A stretch of 64,000 nucleotides of DNA from Octopus vulgaris (GCA_951406725.2 OX597817.1:31496001-31560000); one strand, 5' to 3'. Positions 39,202 to 53,362 are shown, counted from the stretch's first letter. Numbers and translations are program-made. The notes: generated by a model not told the origin, from the sequence alone.

Positions 39202-40646
39202 GTAAGTAGCTGGTTACAGGCAATCGAAATCCTTGATAACCATTTTTATCTCAAGTTGTCTCTCTTGCGCACATACACATATATACAATTTTTGAAAGGG
39301 AGATTTAGCTGCTATTTCACAGCATTGACTGTCTTAAATATCGAACGAAACGCAATGTTTTTTTTCTCAATGCCCTTTTTTTTTAGCATTCCCACAGTGA
39401 CAGACCCGTCCTTGTTGACATGGTTACAGATTAAGGCACATCCACTTCATTACGGGACATTATTTTCTTGTAACTTTTTTTAAATAATGCATATTTTTGC
39501 ATGCACAATGGTATCACCAAATTTGTTTCTATTTCAAAAACTTTGCTTCGGAACTTAAACTCCAAGATACCTTAACATGTTTATATGCATAAATACGTAT
39601 ATATACTTCTACGTATGCATGTGTTTAACATGCATCTGTGTGTGTGTGTGTGTGTGTAAGTATGCATATGTACATGTTTGACTAACACGTGCGTGTATGC
39701 CTGCATAACATCAGTGTTTGCATGTGAAACACGTGTGTGTGTGTGTGTGAATAACACGTGCGTATGTACGCAATGTATGAATAACACGTGAGCAAATGTG
39801 AATGTGTAGCAAAGTGACTAGATAGATAAGGTACTAAGGGTACCGGGTGTTTGAATTTGGTGCTGAGTGTTCTGAATCTCTTTGTATCTAGGGATAGTAG
39901 CAGGAATCCTTTTGAAGGTATTCGCCTTCAGTTCACTCAATAGGACATCTGATCATAAATTTATTTTAATTTTGTCACAAGCTAACGTCAGAACTATATA
40001 CATAACTATTATGAAGTAACACAAAATAAAGACGGTTTTCGAATTAACAATCCCAAGGTTTTAGAGAAGTTTTGATAGCAAAATTAAATTAATTATACAC
40101 ATACATGCATATATACACAAAGCATTAAGGGAGTCTGTGATCAAGAAAGGCAATCATACATTCAATTGATGCTACGTCAACCGATCACCGGAAGGTTTTA
40201 ATAAGTTATTAAGGTTGTTCCATTAAAACAGCATTTTCGACGTGGAACAATATTCGGCATGGAATATGAATTTCTGAACTAAATTTTCCCGCGTGACAAC
40301 CTTAATGACCAAGTTCACCCCCAGATGTTTTAAATTTCGAGTTGATTCGAGTTATTAGTCGCATCAACTAGTATTGTAGCATTCAGCTTCTCATGGGACA
40401 GCCACAACATCGATTCTTAGTGTTTTCTTTCTTCGTTCGTTTATAAGAAAAAATATGAAAGAGAAAAATGTCTGTTACGTTTATTCCTTTATAAATTTAA
40501 GCTTTCAAAGCTTTGAAATGTAAAGTGAAAAATAATTCATAAAAATTAGGTGCAAGCATAGTAGTGGGGTTTCGAGCAAGTGTCTTGTACAATAATCTTT
40601 GGCCGAGTAATATTATGTGAGTGAATTTGATAGACCCAAAATGTGA

Positions 40647-40677
<31 letters not shown>

Positions 40678-40681
<4 letters not shown>

Positions 40682-40880
40682 ATCCAAACATGAACAAAGA
40701 GAAAACACAACAACGCAGGACGTGGAACAAGTATAGTGTTATTGGACGCTCAGGAAAGGAAAGAAAGAAGGAGGATTTAACGTTTCGAGCAGAGGTCTTC
40801 GTCAGAAACATAGAAACAGGAAAGGTCCAAGGAAGGGAAGACGGAAAAAGAAAATCGCCAACGATACACACGCGGTCACA
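40678..40880 (-). mobile_element. Family H2 hammerhead repeat nested in the (TA)n of a diverged SINE A (about 40555-41120)
   Basis: Minus strand TTT-CTGACGA-A-GACC-TCT-GCTC-GAAA-CGTT-AAA; SINE A head upstream and tail downstream. Confidence 0.8.
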
Positions 40881-40889
40881 TATACGTGC

Positions 40890-40946
<57 letters not shown>

Positions 40947-43812
40947 GACACGCATATTTGTGTGTGTTCCACACCGATTGACAACCGGTGTTGGTTTGTT
41001 TACTTAGCGGCTTCAGCAACAGAAACTGCTAGAATAAGTTCCAGCGTTAAAAAATTAAGTATTAGAGCGGTGCCCCTGCATGGCCGCTGTCCAATAACTG
41101 AAACATAATAAAAGACAAAGAGGGTTCATGCTTCAGTTCTATTAACTATTTTGTTGTACGAAATATAGGTGTCGCATCCAACCCATGCCAGCATGGACAA
41201 CGGACGTTAAATGATGATTGTAGTGTCGGTTCGTGCCAGTCTATGACTATAGATTTATTTACATTCAAAACTTTTGGATTTCTTGAAGTAAATATTTTAA
41301 GAAAACAAAAGCAATATCAAATAAATGTATTTGTAAATATGATAAAAGATAACAATTAAGAAAAATTCAAAAAGCATTTTATGTTGCGTTTAAATTTACC
41401 AAAATGATGTGTATGAATGTATACACGCCACAAAAAAAAACCCCGACAGAACCAATATTTGACTGAGAGTCCCACTTTTGACAAACTTTATTAGTTAATA
41501 CCTTTTCGAACCTTTATTTTCAATAAAGGTTCGAAAAAGTATAAACTATTTGTCGTTTCTATAAGTTCTGATAGTATATTTAATATTGGGACTATTTAGT
41601 GTCTCAAGTATTAACTCGAAATATTCAACAAAATTCTATTTAGCATGACCTGGGGCATTGAACATTTTAAATAATACACCTGATAAAAAATTACCTTGAA
41701 TTTTTCTAATAGAGCGGCTCACCTCAGGATGAGCCGTGTCGCATGCGGGCCCGCTTCTTGACAAAAGATTGCCGATGCCTGTTTTAATGATTGAAAAAAA
41801 ATTATGAGAATATCTGCTAAATTATTAAAAACTTAAAAACAAATAATAATAATAATAATAAATCTCTTTATAGTTACTTCTTCATGGCATTTAAAATTTC
41901 AAAATTAAAACTATGTGACTGAGAAAACTTTACAGCTGAAAGGTGTTATTTAGTAAAAGCATATTATAACTGTCCAGCGAGATAAGTTAGGACTTCTGGT
42001 TTCTCTAACATACTCATAATTTAGGACGACTGAAATGTTATGGATCAAATGTATTATTCCAAAACCTTTGAATGAAACTGACCCTAGCGCAAGTCACCAA
42101 TTACAAGAATTCCCAGATCGCAAATATTAGAAATCTTTAACAATTTCAATTCCATTCAAGAAGTTTTTGGTATTAAGATTTTCTAAAAGAGATCATTTTG
42201 GTGTAACCAAATTCAACAGCACACATTGAGCCTTCTTTATAAGCACATCTACAATAGGTCAAAATTAAAATTTTAAACAAGCTGACTTTCTAGTCACAGA
42301 AAAAAGTATAATATTACGTCAGTTACATACAATTTTAAATTAGAAAAAAGAAAAAATGAATTACATTTTGCAAGTCATTTATTTATATAAATTAGGAAAA
42401 GATATAAATGATTTTGCCATAGGCCAATACATTAAACTGTGGCTGACTTAATACATCTAGCAGTAATTATCTACCATGTGTTGGTGTTACAGTGTATTTC
42501 AACATCACACAATCACATACAGAAATTACACGTGCACACACATACGCTTGTAGGAATTCCATCTCCTTCCCCACCATACATACAAATGCGCGCAATCAAT
42601 TACAACATAAAATGTTTTACAAACACTGTATCACCAGCTTATACACAGAGCCAACGAGAGTGCCTGTAAGTGGTCATTCGACCAGCTAGAAATAACAACC
42701 AAATCTCACTCAAATCACATCCTACCGTCTTAGAAAAAGACATGATAATGTCGTACTGAGCTTCAATTTCATAGTGAAAAAAAGGCATTGGTCACAGCTT
42801 AAACACCTTTAATCATAAGTATCTTTAAAGAACATAAGGATCCTATACACAGTATCTATGTCCCTCACGCATACGTCCGTTTCATAAACACACACGCACA
42901 CAGAATTGCCATACATACAATCACACATGACAAGGATCATTTCCTCTGCTTTTGTCTCTCACATTCACACACACAAACAAAAGTCTCAGTCTCTTTCCTC
43001 CTCTCTCCCTTCTCTCGCTTACACAAAATCTTCAACACCTTTTCACAGATACTTTACATGCGCAAATCAATTAATAGTACACAACATAGATACATAGATG
43101 TCACTCTCGGTTCTCATTCAAAATGAGGATAGGTAACCCGAACCTGAAAAGAATCCAGATTAGTTAAGAACAATAAAGTGTGGTCACTAAATAAAGTTTC
43201 TAAAGTGATTACAATATCTCATTTAGGGAGAGACAGGATGGGACAGGCTTATAGTCAGAATAATTGACCTGGTACTTATTTTAAAACCCCCAAAAAAGAA
43301 ATGAAGGCAAAGTCTTACATCAGCGGGATTTAATCTCTGAATACAAGACATTTTTGTCCATTGTTCTACCGATTTTGTCAATCCGCTAAAAGCCATGTTT
43401 CACATTGACACAGGCCCAGCTATTTCAAAAGAAAGTCCACAATAGACTGAATCGATTTCTGCTATATAATATATATTATCGAACCCCGTATCTATTTTCT
43501 CACACAAGATTCCACGTATATCCCTACAGTTAATTTGTAAATTGACTTTATAATAGAACCCCATCTACCTATCTTGTGACTGTTAAAAATCCTGCTGGGG
43601 TCAACTTTGCCTTTCATCCCTCCGAGGCTGATAAAACAAACTAGTAGTCATGAGTTCTCTTCCCCACAAAATCATTATTAAAAGTGGTAAGCTGGCGGAG
43701 TCGTCAGAGCGCCGGAAACAAATGTCCTATGACATCTGTTCAGGCTCTTTAACTTCCGAGTTCAAATCCTGTCAAGGTTATACTATTCTATATTTTTGAG
43801 ATGATATACTCG

Positions 43813-44053
43813 CCAGCCTTCATCAGATATTCTGGTGGAATTTCGAACCCAACCCTTTATTTGACTAATGAGATACTCTGTTCTCATTCTTAAGGTATTC
43901 TTTTTTTGCTGATGTTATTTTTTCTGTTCGTAACGGGTTGGGTTCGAAATCCCACCAGAACACCTGATGAAGGCTGGAGAGTACATCTGCCGAAACGTTG
44001 AAGTAACAACAAACAAGGTGAGGACACCTATCTGTCCATTGTAAATAATGTAC
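43813..44053. mobile_element. Diverged H3-related hammerhead element with inverted partial copy
   Basis: CCAGCCTTCATCAG..TTCGAACCCAACCC inverted against GGGTTGGGTTCGAA..CTGATGAAGGCTGG; core CTGATGA 43964-43970, GAAACGTT 43992-43999; tail AACAACAAACAAG..TGTAAATAATGTAC. Confidence 0.7.
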
Positions 44054-44631
44054 TGCCAAGGTTAACTTCGCTTCTTATTCTTTGAGTGTTGATAAAATAA
44101 AGATATACTCAAATACTAAATTTGCCATTCATCTTTCTAGTGTTGAGAAAATGAAGGGGCAAACTAAAGGGTTTGACCCGGGCTAGTTTTACACCTATTA
44201 AACATTTTTTTTTTTACCCGGGTCAAGCGCTTTCGGTACCAGTCAAGTACTGAGTCGATAAAATCAACTGTTCCCCTCTCCGAAATTCTTGAAAACAAAT
44301 CTTAACCCTGCCACGTCGTGTTACCACTATAGCGGGAATAGGTTAAATGTCATCTCTGCTGGATTCCATGTAAAGTGGTAATAAACAACAGACGTAGCCA
44401 AATCTGTCCATTAGGTCGCCTGCAATTGTTACTTGAGTTGTATACGGAAGTATTTACTTTTTTGCCCAGGAGCCCGGGTGGAGGGTAAAGTTAGACACAG
44501 GGGCCCAGATCTTAGGAGTTAATCTGTGCCTTTACAGATATTTAAAAAAATACCTTCAAAGTGTTGAACAAACAAGAGTTTTCTATCCGAGACAAATGTG
44601 TTTCTCCAACCCCGAAATTGAGAAAACCGTA

Positions 44632-44910
44632 ATGTATGCCGTTTGATAGGTATCTATATAAAATTTCATTAAAAGATATCCATTTTCCTCAAAGTTATGG
44701 GGAAAAAATCGGGACCATGTGAATTTTCCGAAAGTCCTCTCTCCACATCCTCGGAAAAGATTTTCCCCACAAATTTCTTTATAATTATAATCTATGTCGT
44801 TTGAAAGGTATTTACATTAAAATCTCATTAAAAAAAAAACATTTTCCAAAAAGTTAGGGAAAAACTCGGATCTTGTGAATTTTCCGAAAGCCCTCTCCTC
44901 ACTCCACCCC
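44632..44910 (+). repeat. Two diverged ~115-bp direct repeats, likely internal repeats of a non-autonomous DNA element
   Basis: CGTTTGA.AGGTAT..CATTAAAA..CATTTTCC..AAAGTTA..GTGAATTTTCCGAAAG.CCTCTC occurs twice. Confidence 0.6.
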
Positions 44911-45534
44911 CGTTGCTTTGCGCGCATTTTTTGTTTCATAAACATTTTTTTACACCCGTTGCACTATTTTTTAACCCATTGACAATGAAGTCCTGAATAT
45001 ATTGCCTGAGAATAAGAGGGGACGGCCATGATTGGAACGCTTCGCCTATAGGTCTATTTGATAAGCGCAAACGTATAGCTAAAAACCCACAATTGTATCA
45101 ACCTGAGACGAATTAGCACTTTTTATTACGATGAATGTATGCTTCCTATATAGAAACTTTTAATTAAACAAGCTTCCTGTGAGACCGTTTTCATATTTCT
45201 ATTAGGAGACATTAATTAAACAAGCTTCATAACCAAGAGACGAGATTTAGAAAATTAAATTATCTATTCCAACCAGATCTATATCTACTGTTAATATTAT
45301 GGTGTCAGCTTATTTCTATCATGATTCCATAATAAACTGTAATAAACCAATCGTTCGAATGTGACAATTCTGATTTCAATTTTCCGAAATATTGAACAGA
45401 ATTACGAATTAAATTTCGGGCCTTGTGCCTAGAGTAGGAAATATTATTTATTTGGACACATTCAATGATGTATTAGCGTTAAATTATACAAACATGCATC
45501 AACTGCCAACATATTGAATTTATGGCGACCAGTT

Positions 45535-46071
45535 GGCATTCTTTCGATATAACTCGACAAAATCAAAACATTTCACCTCGGGTATTTCCGTGGAAGCAAA
45601 TGACAGTTCGATTCTGTTTTCTGCTTGGAAATTTGCGGATTTTACATACACACATGACACAGGTAAGAACAAGTATGCAAGGCTTTTTTTTTCTTCAAGT
45701 TTAAAATGAGACATTGCTGGCATAATTTCGTTATATCTATACTCCACAAGGCGCGTGCTTAGTCGTTAGAGTGTCAGCATCATGATCGTAAGATTGTGGT
45801 TTCGATTCCTGGACCGGGCGACGCGTTGTGTTCTTGAGCAGAACACTTCCTTTCACGTTGCTCCAGTCCACTCAGCTGGCAAAAATGAGTAACGCTGCGA
45901 TGGACTGGTGTCCCATCCAGCTAGGGAACACATACGCCACAGAAACCGGGAAACCGGGCCCATGAGCCTTTAAAGGCTTTAAAGGGCGCATTTATTTATT
46001 ATACTCCACAACTCACGGAAATACCCGAAGTGAAATGTTTTGATTTTGTCGAGTTATATCGAAAGAATGCC
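45535..46071. mobile_element. Second copy of the 537-bp SINE-carrying MITE
   Basis: Same TIRs; SINE 45750-45999 with TSD TATACTCCACAA at 45738-45749 and 46000-46011. Confidence 0.9.
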
Positions 46072-46254
46072 GTATTTTTTTCGTTTGCGAAAGAAAGAAC
46101 GTGTGTTTATGTGTACACATCCACTAGTTGATCGTGTTTTTTCGATCTTCATTCAAAAGGCAAGAGATGTGTGTGTGTGTGTGTGTGCATAACCGAATTT
46201 CTTCATCTTTACATATGGGTTGAAGGACTATGTTGAGACTATTTCTTCTGACCA

Positions 46255-46655
46255 TATTCTACTCTAGGCACAAGACCCAAAATTTGGGGGGAGGGGGCCC
46301 AGTCGATTAGATCGACCGCAGTACGCAACCGGTACTTAATTTATCGACGCCGAAAGGATGAAAGGCAAAGTCGACCTCAGTGGAATTTGAACTCAGAATG
46401 TAACGAAGTACCGCTAGCGTTTCTTATTTCTTTACTACCCACAAGGGCTACACACAGAGGGCAAAAACAAAGACAGACAAACGGATTAAGTCGATTATGT
46501 CGACCCCAGTACGTAACTGGTACTTATTTAATCTACCCCGAAAGAATGAAAGGCAAAGTCTACCTCGGCGGAATTTGAACTCAAACGTAACGGCACACGA
46601 AATGCCGCTAAGCATTTTGCCCGGCGTGCTAACGTTTCTGCCAGCTCACCGCCTT
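46255..46655 (-). mobile_element. Dimeric SINE family B
   Basis: Two tandem family B units on minus strand. Confidence 0.85.
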
Positions 46656-47293
46656 TTTGTTGTTAGTATTTTGTAAGATGCTATATTATTGATGCGTTTG
46701 ATTGTACTTTTAGACAAGGCACATAACTCTGGTTGGCACATTCTAATTGGCAGGTGGCATTCCAATGTTCACAGTAAGGTCATCAATTTGATTCTAATTT
46801 TCAAAACTGATCCTGCTCATGCTAAAATGTAAAAGAAAAATGCCTAAATATTTTATACCTGCTTAATTGTTATACTTAGATCTATATACTCGTGCATAAG
46901 AATAAAAGAATATATAAAATATATAATATAAAGATCCAAGCAGGATTAATTTTATAAATGGGAAAAAAAGAACTCGATACATACTCAAAAGAATAGCAAT
47001 AAAGCTACATCTGACTCGAATGATCTAGAATGTCGTGTCAAAGTATCGTCGAAGTAGGCTTTTAGAGGTCAGTGTGGTATTGACTGAAAGAAGCCAACTA
47101 ATGGAAAAAAAGGGCTTAATGATGCACCTTACATAGTAATACTACAGGCAATTTGTGTTTCATATGGACATTTATATAGAGAGAAACTTGTGAAGTTATA
47201 GTTATTTACGGCATTCATCATTAGTAATTAGATCCTTAAACGACCATGAAGAAGCAGCTTTGTGATCAGAAGCCTTTAAACTATCTCTGTAGT

Positions 47294-47671
47294 ACAGTTC
47301 TATATTTAAGAGATAAGGAATTATGTACATTATTTACATTTGACGGATATTTGTCCTCATCTTGTTGTTAGCACAACGTTTCGGCTGATATGCCCTCCAG
47401 CCTTCATCAGGTGTCTTGGGGAAATTTCGAATTAACCATTAGCCATATGCCCACGGGCATATGGAAACGTGTTAACAACAAACAAGATGAGGACAAATAT
47501 CCGTCAAATGAAAGTAATGTACATCTCTGTAGTGTCAAAATACTTTAGGAATGAGAATCCAGGATCGAAATTTCCCCAAGACACCTGGTGAAGGTTGGGG
47601 AGTATATCAGTCGAAACGTGTTAACAACAAACAAGATGCGGACAAATATCCGTCAAATGAAAGTAATGTAC
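47294..47671. mobile_element. Second fold-back H3 element with TSD
   Basis: Inverted arms, same apex CCATATGCCC-AC-GGGCATATGG at 47443-47464; flanking ATCTCTGTAGT at 47283-47293 and 47672-47682 (also 47523-47533 through an internal duplication). Confidence 0.8.
47371..47415 (-). ncRNA. Minimal type-I hammerhead motif (H3), intact core and stem II
   Basis: Minus strand GACAC-CTGATGA-A-GGCTG-GAGGGCATAT-CAGCC-GAAA-CGTT-GTGC. Confidence 0.8.
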
Positions 47672-47867
47672 ATCTCTGTAGTGTCATATTTTTTGATATT
47701 GATTTACCCGAAATGCTAGAACATGGTTTGATGGTTATTTCTAGCAGGTCGAAGGACCATGGGGATGGTCTCTAATCGGCTCGTTATACAATGTGCTTTT
47801 GCATGGTGTGTATGTAACTTTATAAAACACAGATTGACATTTATTAATAATCATGGAAAAAATTAAC

Positions 47868-48235
47868 ATAAGAAGCTTGCTTCCCAACCACTGCATATGT
47901 CCCACTGCATAGCACCTTGGGCAAGTGTTTTCCACTATAGCCTCGTGCCGACCAAAGCCTTGTGAGTAGATTTGGTAGACGGAAACTGGAAGAAGCCCGT
48001 TGTGTGTGTGTCTGTGTATGTGTATGTCCCACTTCTCCGTCATCACTTAACAACCGATGCTGGTGCGTTTATGTCCCCGCAAATCAGCAGTTCGACAAAA
48101 GAGACCAATAGAATAAGTACTAGGCTTACAAAGAATAAGTCCTGGAGTAGATTTTCTTCAACTAACGCCCTTTACGGCGATGCTCCAGCATGGCCGCAGC
48201 CAAATGACTGAAACGAGTAAAAGAATAAAAGAATG
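47868..48235 (+). mobile_element. SINE family A
   Basis: Body and tail match consensus. Confidence 0.8.
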
Positions 48236-50236
48236 TAAACAGATTTGGTGCAAAGGAAGTGGCACCAACCCGTCATGATTACTGATACCTTAATTCAAGA
48301 GCCAATCAGTTGCTTAGTTTTAGAAGTGCTATCAGAAAACCTATGTAATGTATTTTTCATTTCTATTTATCTTTGAAAGCTCAGGCAATATCGAAGCAAA
48401 CACTCGACTTTGAATTACAAGTACACTCCACCCGGCAGGTTCTGATGCAGTTTCCTATTTCTTTATTGCCCACAAGGGGCTAAACATAGAGGGTTTTGAT
48501 GCAGTTTCCATCGACCCAAATCCACTCATAAGGTATGAATCGACCCGGGGCAGTTGAAAATAGCCTTCGCTGAAGATGCTTCATTCTTGGATTGAACCCA
48601 TGTCCTCGTGGTTGTGAAACATACAATTTTTAACCATTCGGCCATACTGTTCAAGAAACAAATGATACTTTTTCATTGCTTCTTTTCGAAATCGAACAAA
48701 ATAATCACCGGTATGAGGCATACTGAGCTGGATTCGATTATATCCATCCTTGTAACTAAGGCAAATTGTTTGGGAGAATGTTTTGAAATGGAAACTAGTA
48801 ATGTTTTTAATGGTGTAAAAACAGGTATTTTGACGTAAAAATGTTTTCTTATATAAATTTCTTTGGATTTGACTGTAATAAAATTTTGCTTGTATTTGTT
48901 GTTGCAAAATTCTTGATGTGAATTCTGTGTTGAAACCTGCATTTCAGGAGGGTCATTATACCAATAATAAACACACACACACTGGTTCCACTTCACTTTA
49001 TTTTTGTCAAATGGTTAGCCAACTGACAAATAATGAAGTAAAATTGAACGAGAGCGTTTGTTTATTATGGGCATAATGACCCTCCCAAGAAACAAAACAT
49101 GTCAAAGTTATTATGCTTATCGGTTGTTCTTCCCCTGGAAAATTCTTTAAAATATTCTTTAGGTTAATATTAAAATGTTAATAAAGATACTAAAGCCGAA
49201 ACCAGGAGTTGAAATATATAGCTACCTTGAACAAATAATGATTTTTCTAATTTAGGCACAAGGTAAGCAATTTTGAAGGGAGGGGGTTTTAGTCTGTACC
49301 AATGATTCTGGAGGGGAAGAAAGGCAAAGTTGACCTCTGCCAGATTTGAAATCAGAACTTGCAAAGAACCGGAAATGAACTAATATTATAAGATATTCGC
49401 TTCTTTATTTCTTCAAAGTATTTGTAGAATAGTCCTTACAATTCAGTTACTTTCGATCTTTCATAATTTGAGATATATTTCCACTGATGTAATTTATATA
49501 AACTAATTCATTTTTTTGAAGAAAATATTATCATTTCCATGCAAATAATAATTCTTAAAACTCTTACCGCTCACAGTTTGTATTGATTTCCAACTGAAAT
49601 TATTCCTACCCGTGACAGAGGAATTTAACATTTTTCAATTATCTCTATAGTAAATAAAGCACGCAGACTGGTTTAAACAAAATGTAAAAAAAAAAAAAAA
49701 AAGAAAACAAGAGGATCCAAGCAGTATTTCTAAACTACATCAAATTTATAAACTTTTAAGAGAAAATTTATTCAGTACATCGAATATTCTCCATTGTAGG
49801 AGAAATTTTAAAGTAATAGAAATATCGCATAATCATGCAGAAAAAAGTTTTAAAATTTCTAATGATGCTACATTTCCTAATGTAATCGGCTTCAGCAGTT
49901 TAACGAACCCTTTCCTAAAAAGAATGATAGTCAACCTCAGATAAATTTGATCTTAAAGCATAAAGGAATGTAACAAAATACTATATAGGGTATTAATTCG
50001 AATTGGCTACCCATTTTACAACATTGTTGCCCCGTTCGCTTTTTGGGAAATTATAATGGTTTAATTTATTAACTAGAACAGAGAAGGTTTAATCGATTAT
50101 ATCAACCTGATTAGTACTCTACTGCATCGACCCGACAAGACGAAACGCATACTAACTCGAACAGAATTTGGTTATATACATATATTTGTGTGTGTGTAGA
50201 TATTTAGGTAGACCACCCAACACCCATATATTCGAT

Positions 50237-50396
50237 AGGAGTGGCTGTGTGGTAAGTAGCTTGCTTACTAATCACATGGTTCCGGGTTCAGTCCCACTGC
50301 GTGGCACCTTGGGCAAGTGCCTTCTACTACAACCTCGGGCCGAACAAAGCCTTGTGAGTGGATTTGGTAGACGGAAACTGAAAGAAGCCCGTCGTA

Positions 50397-50442
<46 letters not shown>

Positions 50443-50660
50443 TGTGTGTGTTTGTGTGTCTGTGTTTGTCCCCCCTCCCAACATCGCTTGACAACCGATG
50501 CTGGTGTGTTTACGTCCCCGTAAACTAGCACTTCGGCCAAAGAGACCGATAGAATAAGTACTAGGCTTACAAAGAATAAGTCCTGGGGTCGATTTGCTCG
50601 ACTAAAGGCGGTGTTCTAGCATGGCCGCAGTGAAAATGACTGAAACAAGTAAAAGAGAAT
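50237..50660 (+). mobile_element. SINE family A, near full length
   Basis: AGGAGTGGCTGTGTGG head to GACTGAAACAAGTAAAAGAG tail. Confidence 0.9.
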
Positions 50661-50967
50661 ATTAACATCGATTTCAATTGAATAGGCACAAACTCTGCAA
50701 TAGTTTTAGGATAAAGAAGAGTAGAGGTTGTAATTTCCATGTCCTTCTAAGCTTGTGAGTGACACAACAGAAAAAGTTTTGACACAATTTGATATTCCAT
50801 TTACTTCGATAGAGTCTATTTACTGGTGAGTTTGTTTCTAAATATCGATTACATTACAAAATATCGATAATTTGTTCTTTGGTGTATATATGCATACAAG
50901 TAACAATAACTCAATACTGTACTGTTAAAGTGTATCTTTATATATACATATAGCCATACAAGTATAC

Positions 50968-51275
50968 AGCCTTTAGTGCTATTCGGTTCCCGGTCGTAAG
51001 GACGCGAGTTCGATTCCCGGCAGCGTGTTGTTCCCTTGAGTAAAGCACTTTATTTCCCGTTACTTCAGTCCATTCAGCAAACAAAAGTAAGTTGTACCTG
51101 TGATCCCAAAGTCCAGGTTTGTCCCATTGTGTTACGTCAATTCTCTTCCTGAAAAGTACACTAAGGGTACGTGTATCTGTGGAGTCCTCAGCCACTTGCA
51201 CGGCAATTTCATAAACAAGCTGTTCTGTTGATCGGATCAACTGGAACATGCATCTCCGTAACCGACGGAATTCCA
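50968..51275 (+). mobile_element. tRNA-derived SINE, D-like head with C-like tail, diverged
   Basis: B box GAGTTCGATTCC; tail TGTTGATCGGATCAACTGGAAC..CGTAACCGACGGA as at 13660-13710. Confidence 0.7.
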
Positions 51276-51451
51276 GTGAGTGATAGCCGTATAGATCTAT
51301 AATTAGATTTGATTCATTCTGATGTTTGTGATTGATTATATCCGTTTCTTTTTCTTTTTCGAACTTGTATGACGTGTATAGGCATGTGTCAATAAATCCG
51401 TGCATATATTATCATACATTCACATTCGATCGTATATGGGTATCTGACCAC

Positions 51452-51531
51452 GGCATTCTTTCGATATAACTCGACAAAATCAAAACATTTCACTTCGGGT
51501 ATTTCCGTGGAAGCAAATGACAGTTCGATTC
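51452..51531 (+). mobile_element. Left-end fragment of the 537-bp MITE family
   Basis: GGCATTCTTTCGATATAACTCGAC..GGTATTTCCGTGGAAGCAAATGACAGTTCGATTC. Confidence 0.85.
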
Positions 51532-51771
51532 ATGACAGTGTGGGGCATGAACGGATGTCGTTCACCTTTTATCGTTTATTTGTTTCACTCATTGGACTGC
51601 AGCCATGCTGGGGTGCCTCTTTGAAGGATCTAATCGAACATATCGACCCCAGTATATATTTTTATAAAAGTCAGGTATTATACCTTTGTTTTTTGCCGAG
51701 GCACTACGATACGGAAACGTAAACAAACCAACGCCGATTGTCAAGAGTTATGGTGTAGATACAGACACACG

Positions 51772-53291
51772 CATATATATATATATATATACATATATAT
51801 ACATATATGTATATGTATATATGTATATGTATATGCATATATGTATGTATATGTATATGTATATGTATATATGTATATATATGTATATATGTACATATAT
51901 TTATATGTACATATATTTATATGTACATATATGTATATATGTATATATATGTATATGTACATATATTTATATGTACATATATTTATATGTACATATATGT
52001 ATATATATGTATATGTATATATGTATATGTATATGCATATATATATGTATATGTATATATATGTATGTATATATATGTATATGTATGTATATATATATGT
52101 ACATATATTTATATGTATATATATGTATATATATATGTATATATATGTATATATGTATATATATATGTATATATATGTATATGTATATATATTTATATGT
52201 ATATATGTATATATATGTATATGTATATATGTATATATGCATATATATATGTATATGTATATGTATATATGTATATATATGTATATGTACATATATTTAT
52301 ATGTACATATATTTATATGTACATATATGTATATATATGTATATGTATATATGTATATGTATATGCATATATATATGTATATGTATATATATGTAATGTA
52401 TATATATGTATATGTATGTATATGTATATGTATATTATGGCACCCATCCACACACACACGTATATACATGGCTTCCATGCATTTCTATTTATTGATTCCA
52501 CTACAAGACATTGGCGGCTCGGTGTATATAGTGGAACTGAACTCCAAGCCACGTGGTTACAATGCAGCTTTGTAGCCTGCGTCCATAAAGTATGTATATT
52601 ATTTATTTATTTATATTAACTAGCATACCATTGCGTCTTTAAATTGGTTGCAGCAATTAAACTACCAGTTAACTAAGACATTTTCCGCGTCCTAGACCAC
52701 AAAACTCTTAGAAATAGATACAAGGATTGCTGGGGGAAAGTTACGGATAACCGACTTTCTTTTCTATCTAGTAATTAGTTCATTTATCGTTTTAAAGACT
52801 CAAGTTGCGTGCCTTCACTTTATACAAAATCGCCCACTTTTTAATAAATACAATAAATGAATAAATAAATAAATAAATAAAATAACGATAAAATTTTCAA
52901 ACCCAGTTTATGTTTAAATATTTGAAGCAAGGAATACGTTAATTACAAATAAATATACAGCGAGAAAGGGGGAAAAAGCAGTGAATGACTGACATTATTT
53001 TGATTAATTAGTTACAAATTTCTTCTGGTTTATTTATTTATTTTGGTAAAACATGTTTGTAGCTGAGTGGCTGAAGTAAATCGTAGAAAAATTACCGGGA
53101 AATATATTATAATGTAATATATTAAAATACGATAATGCCACGTAAATGTAAACAGACACACATACTCACTCACGTATACGTAAACTTGACGCAAGTTCAG
53201 GGTAACGTGTCAAATCCACTTAAAAAATAAAGTATTCAAATTATTAATGCTGACTGAACACACAACACAAACATACGTATATGTATATATG

Positions 53292-53362
<71 letters not shown>

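Noticed and set aside
44302-44346. TTAA-CCCT...AGG-TTAA piggyBac-like mini element
   Set aside because: Only 2-3 bp of terminal complementarity, compatible with chance
48581-48996. Two ~108-aa minus-strand ORFs as possible exons
   Set aside because: No recognisable domain or splice pattern; may be a decayed transposon but not supportable
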